This document shows, piece by piece, positions 30,683 through 41,586 of a DNA stretch of 64,000 bases; within the stretch, counting starts at the first letter, position 1; every line of letters begins with the position of its first letter. Made by a program: the position numbers and the translations under genes. The DNA is from Bacteroidales bacterium (GTDB lineage Bacteria; Bacteroidota; Bacteroidia; Bacteroidales; PUMT01). Location: positions 9,313-73,312 of the forward strand of contig JAWODJ010000080.1 in the NCBI GenBank assembly GCA_046483315.1, written 5' to 3'. The notes under the pieces are model-generated. The model made no database searches. It was not told the origin of the DNA and worked only from the letters and a program-made list of their open reading frames with translations.

Positions 30683-31465
30683 TTAGTTAATATTTTTATT
30701 TTTCACAGGAGCAGTTTGCTCAGGCGAGATTACCCCCGGAGGAAGCCGGGTTATCCTGATATTGCGAAAATGAATCTCTGCACCTTCAGATTCGAGGCAG
30801 ATATATCCCTTTTTCTGAGAAGCCCGGCTTACACCATTTACAAATTTACCATTAACTGAGAGTTTAACAACACCGTCAACACATACAACGGTGTATGTAT
30901 TCCATGTTCCTCTTCCGGAACACCGGTTTTCAAGAGAGTTGCTTCTGTTACTGTTTTCCATACGATTGTCAGGGACAGTTTCTACTCCGCCAACACCGAA
31001 AAGATGGCCATGGACATAGGCCTCCTGGTCGGATTTGGATATATTCGGCCTGGGATTTTCCTTGAAGTAATCCAGTTCGAGCATCTGTACTTCCACCCCA
31101 TCAGGTAGTTGCCGGTTTTTTGGGGGACTGGCATTGCTCCATATGAACACTCCGGAATTACCCCCGGGTTCAATATGCTTCCATTCAATATGGAGGATGA
31201 AATTTTCATATTGCTTCTCTGACCTTATCACTCCGATTGGGTGTCCCGAACATATAAGTACCTCTTCCTGTTTTGACCAGGTATCCTGAAGAGTGTTTAC
31301 ATTGATCCATTTTACGGGAAGGCTTTTTTCGTAAGATCCGGAAGTAATAATATCACTCATATCTGCTTCTTTCCCGAAGATTATCTCAAAATTCCGGGAA
31401 TAGGTATTTATGCCTGCAAATATTAAAAGGAGTGATGCGAAAAGCAATGATGGTAATTTTTGCAT
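30683..31465 (-). CDS. Secreted DUF1080 (3-keto-disaccharide hydrolase-like, concanavalin fold) protein
   Basis: Signal peptide, [18 protein letters not shown] and C-terminal [19 protein letters not shown], all typical of DUF1080. It lies 36 bp downstream of the oxidoreductase on the same strand. Confidence 0.75.
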   Translation of the reverse strand: MQKLPSLLFASLLLIFAGINTYSRNFEIIFGKEADMSDIITSGSYEKSLPVKWINVNTLQDTWSKQEEVLICSGHPIGVIRSEKQYENFILHIEWKHIEPGGNSGVFIWSNASPPKNRQLPDGVEVQMLELDYFKENPRPNISKSDQEAYVHGHLFGVGGVETVPDNRMENSNRSNSLENRCSGRGTWNTYTVVCVDGVVKLSVNGKFVNGVSRASQKKGYICLESEGAEIHFRNIRITRLPPGVISPEQTAPVKNKNIN

Positions 31466-31681
31466 GATGAAGTTATGAAACTACAATGAATTTTTGCTGT
31501 ACAATGTATAAAATGCAATTGGATTTTACCAAATAAAATAAAAACAAATTGGTAATTTACCGTTTTTAAATTGCTCACAATTTTTTTGCTTTCTTATAAA
31601 ATCTTACTATGCAGTGTTAAAACATGGTTTATTAAAACACCTGTAAAACCATAAATAACTGAAACTATCAATTATTTATCG

Positions 31682-33097
31682 ATGGACTACGGCTGGCTAT
31701 CTGTTATACCTCCACTCCTGGCAATCCTGCTTGCAATAATTACACGGCAGGTATTTGTATCTCTGTTTTTAGGTATCCTGGCAGGATGGATTATAATTTC
31801 CAGCTGGAGTTTTTTAGGGGGACTGGCGGCTAGTATCCAGTCCCTGATCGATGTTTTTCAGGATCCCGGCAATACCCGGGTTATTATTTTCTGCGCTCTG
31901 ATAGGGTCGCTTATAACCCTTACCCGGCGCAACGGGGGAGTGAATGGATTTGTAAACTGGCTCCGCAGAAAGAACCTGGCGCAAACCCGCCGGGGAGCGG
32001 CCGGACTCGCCGGCATTACAGGGTTTCTTATATTTATTGAATCAAGCATCTGCTGTCTTATAGCCGGCGCTGTTTCCCGACCGTTGTTTGAGCGCCTCAG
32101 GATATCACGTGAAAAGCTTGCTTATATACTCGATTCCACCTCTGCTCCAAAGTGCGTGCTGATCCCCCTGAACGCCTGGGGGGCATTTGTTATCGGGTTG
32201 CTTGAGACGGAGGGGCTGAACAATACCGCAGGAGTCTTTATTAAAAGCATTCCCTTTAACTTCTATGCCATCCTGGTAATATTGTTTGCCGCATTTATTA
32301 TTATCACTTTCGTGGATTTCGGCCCGATGAAAAAGGCGGAGCACCGTGCACGGACTACCGGGAAAACAATAGCCGACAATGCTGTTCCGATGGTATCGGA
32401 CGATGTCACCTCGGTTATGCCGAAAGAGGGTATTCCGCACAGGGCGTATAATATGCTGCTGCCGGTAATGGTGATGATGGTGATGATGCCACTTGGATTA
32501 TTCATAACCGGCGATGGTGATATTATGAAAGGGTCAGGTTCAACAGCAGTATTGTGGTCGGTACTTGCCTCAATAACAGTTGCAGGGGTGTTGCCGGTTA
32601 TGCAGAAGATTTTGACTTTCAGGGAGGTGTTTGACCTTTCGCTCAAAGGGATAGGGGGCATGATGCCTCTGGCGATAGTGATGATATTAGCCTTTTCTAT
32701 TGGAGAAACAAGCCGTGAACTTGGCACCGGCATATTTGTGGCATCAGTCGCCGACGATTTCCTGCATCCTCAATATATAGCAGCTGTTGTTTTTATCACC
32801 TCGGCATTTATTGCTTTTTCTACCGGAACCAGCTGGGGAGTGTTTGCCATAATGATACCCATAGCTGTACCGACCGCGCTGATCATGGATGTGAATGTTC
32901 CGCTTTGTTTGGCAGCAGTGCTTGGGGGAGGGGTTTTCGGCGATCATGTATCACCAATTTCCGATACCACACTTGTTTCGTCAATGGCAGCTGCCAGCGA
33001 CCATATAGATCATGTCAGGACGCAGCTTCCCTATGCCCTTATAGCTGCCACAGGGGCAACCGTGCTGTATCTTGCTTTCGGCATTCTGCTTCACTGA
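31682..33097 (+). CDS. NhaC-family Na+/H+ antiporter
   Basis: 471-aa polytopic membrane protein with NhaC-like motifs (DSTSAPKCVLIPLNAWG, GGVFGDHVSPISDTT). Confidence 0.8.
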   Translation: MDYGWLSVIPPLLAILLAIITRQVFVSLFLGILAGWIIISSWSFLGGLAASIQSLIDVFQDPGNTRVIIFCALIGSLITLTRRNGGVNGFVNWLRRKNLAQTRRGAAGLAGITGFLIFIESSICCLIAGAVSRPLFERLRISREKLAYILDSTSAPKCVLIPLNAWGAFVIGLLETEGLNNTAGVFIKSIPFNFYAILVILFAAFIIITFVDFGPMKKAEHRARTTGKTIADNAVPMVSDDVTSVMPKEGIPHRAYNMLLPVMVMMVMMPLGLFITGDGDIMKGSGSTAVLWSVLASITVAGVLPVMQKILTFREVFDLSLKGIGGMMPLAIVMILAFSIGETSRELGTGIFVASVADDFLHPQYIAAVVFITSAFIAFSTGTSWGVFAIMIPIAVPTALIMDVNVPLCLAAVLGGGVFGDHVSPISDTTLVSSMAAASDHIDHVRTQLPYALIAATGATVLYLAFGILLH

Positions 33098-33107
33098 CAG
33101 GTATTAA

Positions 33108-33446
33108 TTGGTTGTTTTTGCATGCCCCCTTTTAAAAGTTTCCTTTTTTATTGCCGGAACCGGTTCACTGCATATGGTAAGTTTCAGGATTACTGCAATT
33201 TTGCCTGGCAGAGACAGGCTCACGATTATATCAGCCTCCGATATTTCCGACGAACTGGCGAGGGAGGAGAAGGCGGCATGGAAGAAAATGATACGGTTTA
33301 TAGCTCATAAGCTGATGAACTCAATAACCCCGATGAAAACACTTGCCTTTGCAATGCATACGTCTTTTTCCCCGGAAGGGAACCTTGTATGCTGTCCGTC
33401 TCCGGATGAAGGATCTGTTTTTTTAATAAGTCTTCCCCTTAAATAA
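33108..33446 (+). pseudogene. Probable collapsed sensor histidine kinase remnant
   Basis: A HisKA start (AWKKMIRFIAHKLMNSITPMKTLA) runs almost directly into an HATPase_c-type end (DEGSVFLISLPLK). The catalytic core is missing. Confidence 0.45.
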
Positions 33447-33521
33447 ACTTTCTTGTTATGCCGGAAAATGTTATAGTTTTGTTATTAATTACATAATTGC
33501 AAATAAAATGTACTTAACATT

Positions 33522-35564
33522 ATGGAAAAATATGTTGTTTTTGTTTTTACAATGCTTTTTGTCACTGCCTGTGGCAATGGTGAAAAAGAGAGTGCTGCTG
33601 TGAGTCCGCTAGATGACAATATAATTGAAAGTGTGATCAGTGAGCTAACCGATGTGCATGGCACTGCTCATGCCGATCGCATACAAAGAGGTGTGAATCA
33701 GGTTGCAACCCTCTGGCGGAACAGTGATGGCGATGTGGAAGCTTTTGAAAACTTTTGCCTGGAAAACTTTATATCCGGGCAGGATGAACTTGACCTGGTA
33801 TTTGACCGCCTGGCGAATAACTTTGAGTACCTTTTCGGTTACATGAACCGCATTGCTTTGGAACTTAATCGTCCGATACACGAGGATATAGGTCCTTTGC
33901 ACCAGGTAGACCGTATGTTCGGCGCATACAGTCCATCGGCTCATATAACAGACGATTTCTTTAATAATAAGATTGCCTTCTATATTACACTCAATTTTCC
34001 ATTATATACCCTTGATGAGAAGAACAGTCTCGGGGGACAATGGGATGACAGGCAGTGGGGTTATGCCAGACTGGGGGATTATTACAATTCGCGGGTTCCT
34101 CCTGTATTGCTGCAGGAATACAGTTTGGCATCAAGCAACGCTGGCATGTATATTTCAGAGTACAATATATTTGCCGGCCGGCTGGTCAATGAGGATGATG
34201 AGACCCTCTTCCCGGAGGACATGAAACTGCTGGCACACTGGAATATACGCGATGAAATAAAATCCAATTACGGACAGCCGCGCGGGCAGGAAAAGCAGGA
34301 GATGCTTTATAATGTGATGCTGCGGATAATTAACCAGGATATTCCCTCACAGGTCATAAATGATGACAGCTATAAATGGAATCCATTTACAAATGAGGTC
34401 TGGGCTGATGGTGAAGTGGTTGATGCTGATCCCGAGGGTGCAGTAAGGTACTCGCACCTCAGCAATATTTTCAGTACTCTGAAAAATATGGACCCTTATT
34501 ATCCTGAATCAGATACTTATATCAAGCGGAGTTTTGAACTGGGGATGGAGATACCACAGGATGAAGTAGAAGCTCTTTTCAGGGAATATGCAGCATCACC
34601 CTTGCTTGCCGAGGTGGCAAAACTGATAAGTGAAAGGCTTGGACGGCCTCTCAGGCCCTATGATCTCTGGTATGACGGCTTCAAGGCACGTAGCTCTATT
34701 TCGGAGGAGGAGCTCGACAGGATAACCAAATCCCGTTATCCCGATGCTGAGGCAGTGGACAGGGATCTGCCGCGGATGCTTGTTCATCTTGGCTTTGACA
34801 GGGAGGAAGCTGAATTCATAGGATCAAAAGTTGATGTTGATGCTGCCAGGGGCTCAGGTCACGCCTGGGGGGCGTCAATGCGTGAAAAGCCTTCTCACTT
34901 GCGTACACGCATAGGAAGTGACGGAATGGATTACAAAGGGTACAATATTGCGGTGCATGAGTTCGGCCATAACGTTGAGCAGACTATCAGCTTGCATATG
35001 GTGGACAACTATTTAGTGAACGGTATTCCAAATACTGCTTTTACCGAAGCCCTTGCCTTTATGTTCCAGGCCCGGGATCTTGAGCTGCTGGGCCTTAAGG
35101 AAGAAGATCCGATGAAGGAGCATCTTGATGTGCTGGACTTCTTCTGGAACAATTTTGAGATGATGGGTGTTTCGCTGGTTGACATGAACGTTTGGAAATG
35201 GATGTATGACAATCCCGATGCCACAGACGAAGAACTTAAGGAAGCGGTTATTGATATTGCAGCCGGCATATGGAATGAATATTTTGCCTCCGTTTTCGGC
35301 GAGAGTGACATTCCGCTGCTGGCCATTTACTCGCATATGATACAGAGCCCGCTATATCTTTCAAATTATCCTTACGGCAGGCTGATAATGTTCCAGCTGG
35401 AAGATTATATTGCGGACAGGGATTTTGCCGATGAGGTGCTGAGGATATTCTCGCTTGGGCAACTTACACCAATGCACTGGATGGAAAGAGCTGTGGGCGA
35501 TCAGATCAGCAACGGGCCTATGTTCAATGCAGTTGACAGAGCACTGGAGGCATTACGCGATTAA
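33522..35564 (+). CDS. Lipoprotein with a gluzincin-type zinc-metallopeptidase motif, family not recognised
   Basis: Lipobox LFVTACG. The HEXXH motif VHEFGHNVEQ has a Glu (FTEALA) 26 residues after the second His, which is M3-like spacing. 680 aa. Confidence 0.55.
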   Translation: MEKYVVFVFTMLFVTACGNGEKESAAVSPLDDNIIESVISELTDVHGTAHADRIQRGVNQVATLWRNSDGDVEAFENFCLENFISGQDELDLVFDRLANNFEYLFGYMNRIALELNRPIHEDIGPLHQVDRMFGAYSPSAHITDDFFNNKIAFYITLNFPLYTLDEKNSLGGQWDDRQWGYARLGDYYNSRVPPVLLQEYSLASSNAGMYISEYNIFAGRLVNEDDETLFPEDMKLLAHWNIRDEIKSNYGQPRGQEKQEMLYNVMLRIINQDIPSQVINDDSYKWNPFTNEVWADGEVVDADPEGAVRYSHLSNIFSTLKNMDPYYPESDTYIKRSFELGMEIPQDEVEALFREYAASPLLAEVAKLISERLGRPLRPYDLWYDGFKARSSISEEELDRITKSRYPDAEAVDRDLPRMLVHLGFDREEAEFIGSKVDVDAARGSGHAWGASMREKPSHLRTRIGSDGMDYKGYNIAVHEFGHNVEQTISLHMVDNYLVNGIPNTAFTEALAFMFQARDLELLGLKEEDPMKEHLDVLDFFWNNFEMMGVSLVDMNVWKWMYDNPDATDEELKEAVIDIAAGIWNEYFASVFGESDIPLLAIYSHMIQSPLYLSNYPYGRLIMFQLEDYIADRDFADEVLRIFSLGQLTPMHWMERAVGDQISNGPMFNAVDRALEALRD

Positions 35565-35656
35565 ACATTTGACCAATTGATTTGTTAATTTGGAATATCC
35601 GGATTATATGCCGGTTTGAAAAGGATAGTAAGAATTACGAATTAAATTTTAAGAAA

Positions 35657-36079
35657 ATGGCAAACAAAATGTTTAAGACTTCCACAGGATCAATGCATCT
35701 GGCATTACTTTTTATTCGTGTGGGCTTCGGTGTGTTCTATATGGTCCATGGCTGGCCTAAGATAACCGGGGGCACTGATACATGGACATGGCTTGGTGGT
35801 AACATGAGCTTAATTGGCCTTGGCTTTGCTCCTGTTTTCTGGGGATTTCTAGCTGCAGTGGCTGAGTTTTTCGGCGGACTCCTTCTTGTAGTTGGTGTTC
35901 TGACCAGGCCGGCGGCAGCCATGATGTTATTTACAATGGTTATTGCAACATTAATGCACCTTGATGCAGGCGACCCCATCAATACCGTCATGAACCCGCT
36001 CAAGGGTCTTGTGGTATTTACAGGACTGCTGTTTAGCGGTGCAGGCAAATACTCTGTTGACAACCTGCTGGCACGCTGA
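35657..36079 (+). CDS. DoxX-family membrane protein
   Basis: About 140 aa with four TM segments; FIRVGFGVFYMVHGWPK and AEFFGGLLLVVGVLTRPAA are typical of DoxX. The start MANKMFK at 35657 is preferred. Confidence 0.75.
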   Translation: MANKMFKTSTGSMHLALLFIRVGFGVFYMVHGWPKITGGTDTWTWLGGNMSLIGLGFAPVFWGFLAAVAEFFGGLLLVVGVLTRPAAAMMLFTMVIATLMHLDAGDPINTVMNPLKGLVVFTGLLFSGAGKYSVDNLLAR

Positions 36080-36269
36080 AAGTTTTTAGTTTAGTCATAT
36101 GGCAGGCTGCCGGGAGAGGGGTGAGCAGATAATTGTCGTAACCCACATCCTGCTATATGGCATTTGTTTATGCTGCCGGCATCATCAAAAATCATAACGT
36201 TTAAAACCTGCAGGTTTTCGCCAAAGTATGGATTATGAATTGGCTTCTGACTTTAAATCAACATCTTTG

Positions 36270-37277
36270 TTAACCATCAGGGGTCAGAATGAAAAGAGCG
36301 TGACCAGAACGGTTAAAACCTCCGTCCACATATCCCAGAACTTCCATTTCTTTAATGGTGTAGTCATTCCGGGAGAAGATATCCATCCATTGGTTTATTG
36401 ACCGGAACCCGAAAGGAAATGCCATCTGCGGAATACCCCCGCATAATGCATTTGATATTATATCAATTAATATTGTAATGTCGCGCTGGTCTTCTTCAGG
36501 TAATTTTGCATAATTCGCAAATAATGGCTGTGTTTCTGACAACTTCTCAACCTGCCTGCTGACAAGTGGATTCGTTCTTACCTGGTAATCCGGCAGAATA
36601 ACATCTTCTTCAAGAATCAACCTACCGTTGTTATTGATTGCCGTGCCGATATTTTTCAGAAAAACTGATAGTGCTTCGTCAGTATTGCCAACATGGTGCA
36701 GTACGGCAAGGCATGTAACAGTGTCATAACCATATTTGCTGCGGGTACCGGGCCGGGCAAAATCGAGCATCTGAAAATCAATCTCATCCCTTATTTCATC
36801 AGTTCGCCAGTCCAGTACATCAATCCCCGCACAAATACTGAATGCCGGATGGTTTTTTTTCAGGAATGCAACCAGATCACCTCCTCCACAACCAATATCA
36901 CAATAGGATCTTCCATAGAGGTGGTGTTTTAGCTGCCTGTACCTGTTCTGCAATTTGCGGTTGTGTTTGTAGTTTGAATATGCTTCGTCGAACTCTGAAA
37001 ACCAGACTTTATCCTGCACCGGGTTCGTTCTTGACAACCTGATTAAGAGAGGTAAAAGAGCCCCGGGAAAGTCCTGTACAGCTTCAATTTGCCTAAAAAT
37101 GGTATTTATCAGTAAGCTGCATTTTCCGGAAATTTTATCACTGTCGAGGCTTTCTCTGCGTGGATGGTGTTTCAGAATTGAATCAGTATAGTTGGAAATC
37201 TTCATTTTGCAGACAAAATCCCTGGCCTTGCTGTTTTTAAAGGCTCTCAGAAAAGTCTTTGCTTCAGAAATTTGCAT
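36270..37277 (-). CDS. Class I SAM-dependent methyltransferase, substrate unknown
   Basis: Motif I YCDIGCGGGDL and post-I/II motifs (DTVTCLAVLHHV); 335 aa with a long, unrecognised N-terminal region. Confidence 0.65.
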   Translation of the reverse strand: MQISEAKTFLRAFKNSKARDFVCKMKISNYTDSILKHHPRRESLDSDKISGKCSLLINTIFRQIEAVQDFPGALLPLLIRLSRTNPVQDKVWFSEFDEAYSNYKHNRKLQNRYRQLKHHLYGRSYCDIGCGGGDLVAFLKKNHPAFSICAGIDVLDWRTDEIRDEIDFQMLDFARPGTRSKYGYDTVTCLAVLHHVGNTDEALSVFLKNIGTAINNNGRLILEEDVILPDYQVRTNPLVSRQVEKLSETQPLFANYAKLPEEDQRDITILIDIISNALCGGIPQMAFPFGFRSINQWMDIFSRNDYTIKEMEVLGYVDGGFNRSGHALFILTPDG

Positions 37278-37288
37278 CCGGAATTGTA

Positions 37289-37660
37289 TTATTCAGGGTT
37301 ACTCTCAGAACTTTTGGTTTCTTTTTCGTTATCCTTGCTTGCCCCATGCTGTGTTACCTCGTAACTTCTTTTATAATACCTGCCTAAACGTGATTTGATC
37401 TGAAAATACCGGTACAGACCAATAATCAGGAGGATGATGCTTAATCCCAAAGCCATGTAGCCTACCCACTGGATACTCCTGAACCCTTCAAGCTGCAGGA
37501 ACGCAATTCCACCCAGCAGCATGTACAGCGACGTTCTGGAATAGGCAAGCAAAGTGCGCTCGTTTGCAAGTTTGGTCCGTTCCAGTGCCAGATAGTCCCT
37601 GAGGATTATCTCATCTTTATGATCGAAGATATGTGCAAAAAGTTTCAGTCTGCCAAGCAT
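37289..37660 (-). CDS. DUF202 (YidH-like) small membrane protein
   Basis: LALERTKLANERTLLAYSRTSL motif followed by two TM helices. Confidence 0.7.
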   Translation of the reverse strand: MLGRLKLFAHIFDHKDEIILRDYLALERTKLANERTLLAYSRTSLYMLLGGIAFLQLEGFRSIQWVGYMALGLSIILLIIGLYRYFQIKSRLGRYYKRSYEVTQHGASKDNEKETKSSESNPE

Positions 37661-37701
37661 TTGTTAACAATTTTAATTGTAATACAAGGTGAATTATTTG
37701 A

Positions 37702-39471
37702 CTATAATGGCCAGAAAAACATTATCAGGGGCACTCCAACTGCAACAATTATGATTTCCAGAGGAAGTCCCATTCGCCAGTAATCAGTAAACCTGTATCC
37801 CCCCGGCCCCATTACCAGTGTATTTGACTGATGCCCTATAGGGGTAAGAAATGCGCTTGAACCGCCTATGGCCACAGCCATCAGGAGAGGGTCGGCATTG
37901 TAGCCCATCCCGCCGGCAATACTGATTGCAATCGGCGCCATCAGGACTACCGTTGCAGCATTGTTAATTATATCAGAAAGGAACATGGTTACTATAAGAA
38001 TAATTGCAAGGATTGCCCATGGTTCAAGACTCTCTCCCATACGCAATACCACTCCGGCTATGTGTGCGGCACCACCGGATGCTTCCAGTGCCTCACCCAC
38101 TGGTAACATTGCTCCGAGTAGAATTATTACCGGCCAGTCAACACTTTTGTACATTTCCTTAACGGGGAGGATACCTGCAATTACTATTCCGGCGGCAGCC
38201 ATGGGGAAAGCTACGTGCACGGGAAGCAGTCCCCCGATAATCAGTACGATTGAGGCTGCAAATATCGACAGGCTTACAGCAATTTTCTGTTTGTACCCGA
38301 TTCGCAGTCCCCGGGGAGCCAATGGCAGGCAGCCCATTGATGCGATCGCTTCATTAAGCATATTATCCCTGCCCTGCAGCATCAGTACGTCACCAGTTTT
38401 GAACACCACATGGTCGAGTCTTTTATGTATCCTTTTCTCCCTTCGTGACACTGCTACAAGGTTTACACTGTATTTGCTCCGCATCCTGATTCTCGAAGCC
38501 GTTTGTTCCAGAAGCGGTGAATCTGCCATTACAATGGCCTCGGTTATGTAGATGTTTTCCGAGCCTTTGGCATCTTTCCTGAATTTTTTACTCCCTACCA
38601 GCTCAAGTCCCGTATCATTAAGAAACGAATTAAGTGCTTCGGTATCGCCTTCAATGATAACGATATCATTTTTCAACAGCTCCTCTTCATCTTCGGGGGC
38701 GTGAATTCTCTTCTTTTTCCGTACAAGTCCCAGCACCTGCACATCTGCATCGGCTATTTTTCTTAGTTCACCCACACTTATGCCGGCTGCCTTTGAGTCT
38801 TTCCCAACTTTAACCTCGGTAATGTAATCATCAATCCGGAATGCTTCTTTTTCCGATTTTTGGGCCTCACGCTTCGGAAGCAGTCTCCAGCCTGCAAATG
38901 CAATAAATATTATCCCCGCAATCGTAAGGCCCAGCCCCACCGGGGCAAAGGCAAACATGCCGAAAGCTTCTCCCGTTTCATCGGCACGAAGTGTTGATAT
39001 AATGATATTCGGGGGAGTACCGATCAGGGTTGTCATTCCGCCCAGGAGGGAAGCAAAGGCAATTGGCATAAGCAGGAAAGAGGGAGGATTGCCGCTTTTT
39101 GCCGCGATATGCAGTACAACCGGCATCAGGATGGCCAGGGCGCCGACATTGTTCATAAAGGCAGAAGCTGCCGCAACCAGAAATGAAAGAGCCAGTATCT
39201 GCAGAGTCATGTTGTTACCTATCCCGGTAATCCATTTGCCCAGAACGTCAATAAGTCCGCTATACTCCAGTCCCTTTCCTATGATCAGTACTGCCGCAAC
39301 GGTTATTACTGCAGGGTGTCCGAAGCCTGAAAAGGCTTTTTCAGCAGCGACTATTCCGGGTACGACAAGGGCAAACAATGCAAGCAGGGCTACCAGGTCG
39401 TGCCTTATTTTGCCCCATGCGAACAGTACCAGCACTAGTCCCAGAACAATGAATACATAAGTATGGTCCAT
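37702..39471 (-). CDS. SLC13/DASS-family anion permease with central TrkA-C domains
   Basis: 589 aa. Two transporter halves flank two TrkA-C-like segments (GISVGELRKIADADVQVLGLVRKKKRI; VVFKTGDVLMLQG). Confidence 0.8.
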   Translation of the reverse strand: MDHTYVFIVLGLVLVLFAWGKIRHDLVALLALFALVVPGIVAAEKAFSGFGHPAVITVAAVLIIGKGLEYSGLIDVLGKWITGIGNNMTLQILALSFLVAAASAFMNNVGALAILMPVVLHIAAKSGNPPSFLLMPIAFASLLGGMTTLIGTPPNIIISTLRADETGEAFGMFAFAPVGLGLTIAGIIFIAFAGWRLLPKREAQKSEKEAFRIDDYITEVKVGKDSKAAGISVGELRKIADADVQVLGLVRKKKRIHAPEDEEELLKNDIVIIEGDTEALNSFLNDTGLELVGSKKFRKDAKGSENIYITEAIVMADSPLLEQTASRIRMRSKYSVNLVAVSRREKRIHKRLDHVVFKTGDVLMLQGRDNMLNEAIASMGCLPLAPRGLRIGYKQKIAVSLSIFAASIVLIIGGLLPVHVAFPMAAAGIVIAGILPVKEMYKSVDWPVIILLGAMLPVGEALEASGGAAHIAGVVLRMGESLEPWAILAIILIVTMFLSDIINNAATVVLMAPIAISIAGGMGYNADPLLMAVAIGGSSAFLTPIGHQSNTLVMGPGGYRFTDYWRMGLPLEIIIVAVGVPLIMFFWPL

Positions 39472-39721
39472 ACAGGTCAGAGCAATGAGTCCGGCAGCTG
39501 CCGGTGCAAAAACAGAATATTTAAAGATAAGTAATTTTTATTGTATGCATTTACAGGCTTTAATATTTCGTGGCAGATTTTATAAATGCCGAATATCCTC
39601 GTTTGTGAGTGCAAAAAATATAGTTTTCCTGCATGGTGCAATATTACAGCCGGAATGGTATTGCTTTAACGGTAATTTTTTTCCATCTTGCAATTATAAT
39701 TGTTGATAAGGGAAATTCAAT

Positions 39722-40684
39722 ATGAGAAACATATTATCAGAACCGATTATTTCCGGTTGCAAGAGAACCCGCCGCAAAACCGGAATTTCAATGGCTGTTA
39801 TGATGCTTTTTCTACCTGTGGTTTCAATAAACGCCCAGATAATGGATAAAACGAATATTATTGCCTCCGGGACAAAGCTTGAACAGTTGGGTGACGGCTT
39901 TTCATTTACCGAGGGACCGGCACCTGATGCCGAAGGCAATGTCTATTTTACCGACCAGCCAAATAATACAATTGTCAAATGGAACTGGTCCACCGGTGAA
40001 TTATCTGTGTTTATGGAAGATGCAGGCCGCTCCAACGGGATGTATTTTGAACTGGAAGGAAACCTTATCACCTGTGCCGATATGGATAATGAGCTCTGGT
40101 CGATCGACATGAAAACAGGTGAGGTTGACGTATTGGTTGACAATTGGGATGGGAAACTGCTTAACGGTCCCAATGACGTGTGGATCCGCCCCGACGGTGG
40201 GATGTACTTTACCGATCCGCTTTATAAGAGGGGTTACTGGGAGAGGGACCCTGAGATGCAGCAGGACGGTGAGCATGTATATTTTTTAAGTGCCGACGGC
40301 AGCCGCTATTTCAGGGTTGACGAAGACCTCGGAAAGCCTAACGGCATAATAGGCACACCAGATGGCAAGACGTTATACGTGGCTGATATTGGTGATAACA
40401 AGACCTATGCCTACGATATCAACGATGATGGCACCCTTTCCAACCGCCGGCTTTTCTGTGAGATGGGCTCCGACGGCATGACCATAGACGACAAGGGCAA
40501 TGTTTACCTTACGGGACGCGGGGTTACTGTATTTGATAAAAACGGTGAAAGGATAGCGCATATTCCGGTCGACAAGGAGTGGACCGCCAACATATGCTTT
40601 GCCGGTCCCGACAGGGACATGCTTTTTATTACCGCCATGGACGCTGTATTTGGTATTAAGATGAATGTCCGGGGGGTCAAATAG
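39722..40684 (+). CDS. Secreted SMP-30/gluconolactonase/LRE-family beta-propeller protein
   Basis: Signal peptide, FTEGPAPDAEGNVYFTD, NGPNDVWIRPDGGMYFTDP and PNGIIGTPDGKTLYVAD repeats. Confidence 0.8.
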   Translation: MRNILSEPIISGCKRTRRKTGISMAVMMLFLPVVSINAQIMDKTNIIASGTKLEQLGDGFSFTEGPAPDAEGNVYFTDQPNNTIVKWNWSTGELSVFMEDAGRSNGMYFELEGNLITCADMDNELWSIDMKTGEVDVLVDNWDGKLLNGPNDVWIRPDGGMYFTDPLYKRGYWERDPEMQQDGEHVYFLSADGSRYFRVDEDLGKPNGIIGTPDGKTLYVADIGDNKTYAYDINDDGTLSNRRLFCEMGSDGMTIDDKGNVYLTGRGVTVFDKNGERIAHIPVDKEWTANICFAGPDRDMLFITAMDAVFGIKMNVRGVK

Positions 40685-40745
40685 TTGCATTATCGACACC
40701 CGGCAAAAGCCGGGCAACCATGTTCGTGACAGGGAGCAGTGCAGT

Positions 40746-41534
40746 CTATTCCGCCCTGATGAAAAAGAGTTCGGTTTCACCACCGGTCATTTGCATGCCT
40801 TTGTCGTCAATTGCGAATTCAAGGGTTTGCGATGATATCGTTTTAAGAAAGCGGTCCTCTATCTCCTGTGTGTCGAGGCACGCCATTTTTGTTGACAGGA
40901 TGTTTCCTGTTACCAGCAAATTGTTGACCAGTTCCGCTCTTCCGTTATACCTGTTGCAACCACCGTAACCGGAAATGGTTCTGCCAGCCAGGTCGACCTC
41001 CATGGTAGGCCTTCTTTTTGATTCGGGTATGTCTATTGCTACACCATCAATCTTCTCAAGCACCCAGATATCGTTCAGCCGGTATGTACCCAGATATTGC
41101 CCGCAACCCCTGAATACAGTAAAATCATCGTCCCGGGTCCTTTTTAATGAAACCTCAACCCTGTAGGGGAAACGGTTTCCCTTCATGGTGTCGGTGCACT
41201 CTTCGCGGGAGATCTCTACAACCGTTTGTGCATTGTATGTCCTCGCATAGTATTTCACCAGTGAAAGTCCGTCAACCCTTTCCGGATCGGTTGCCGGGAA
41301 GATGAATTCCGGGAATTCTTCGGTCAGGCTTGTGAAGTTGAGCACATTACCAAACTCTATCTCAAGGGCCCAAAAGGGCTCATTGCCTGTTGCCCTGAAC
41401 CCGGTGAGCGTTACCGGTTCAACCTCCTGTGCCGTTTGCGGTTCACTCACCTTTTCATCAGCAGTTCTCCTGATTCCCGAACAACCTGCGGAAATAATTA
41501 CCAGCAGTGCTATTATAAACTTTTTGATTACCAT
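40746..41534 (-). CDS. META-domain (HslJ-like) lipoprotein
   Basis: Lipobox ISAGCSG and the META signature SGYGGCNRYNGRAEL in the C-terminal half. Confidence 0.7.
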   Translation of the reverse strand: MVIKKFIIALLVIISAGCSGIRRTADEKVSEPQTAQEVEPVTLTGFRATGNEPFWALEIEFGNVLNFTSLTEEFPEFIFPATDPERVDGLSLVKYYARTYNAQTVVEISREECTDTMKGNRFPYRVEVSLKRTRDDDFTVFRGCGQYLGTYRLNDIWVLEKIDGVAIDIPESKRRPTMEVDLAGRTISGYGGCNRYNGRAELVNNLLVTGNILSTKMACLDTQEIEDRFLKTISSQTLEFAIDDKGMQMTGGETELFFIRAE

Positions 41535-41586
41535 TGTTAATGATTATACCCGGCCCATATATGCAAAGGGTCCGTTGATAGCAAAG

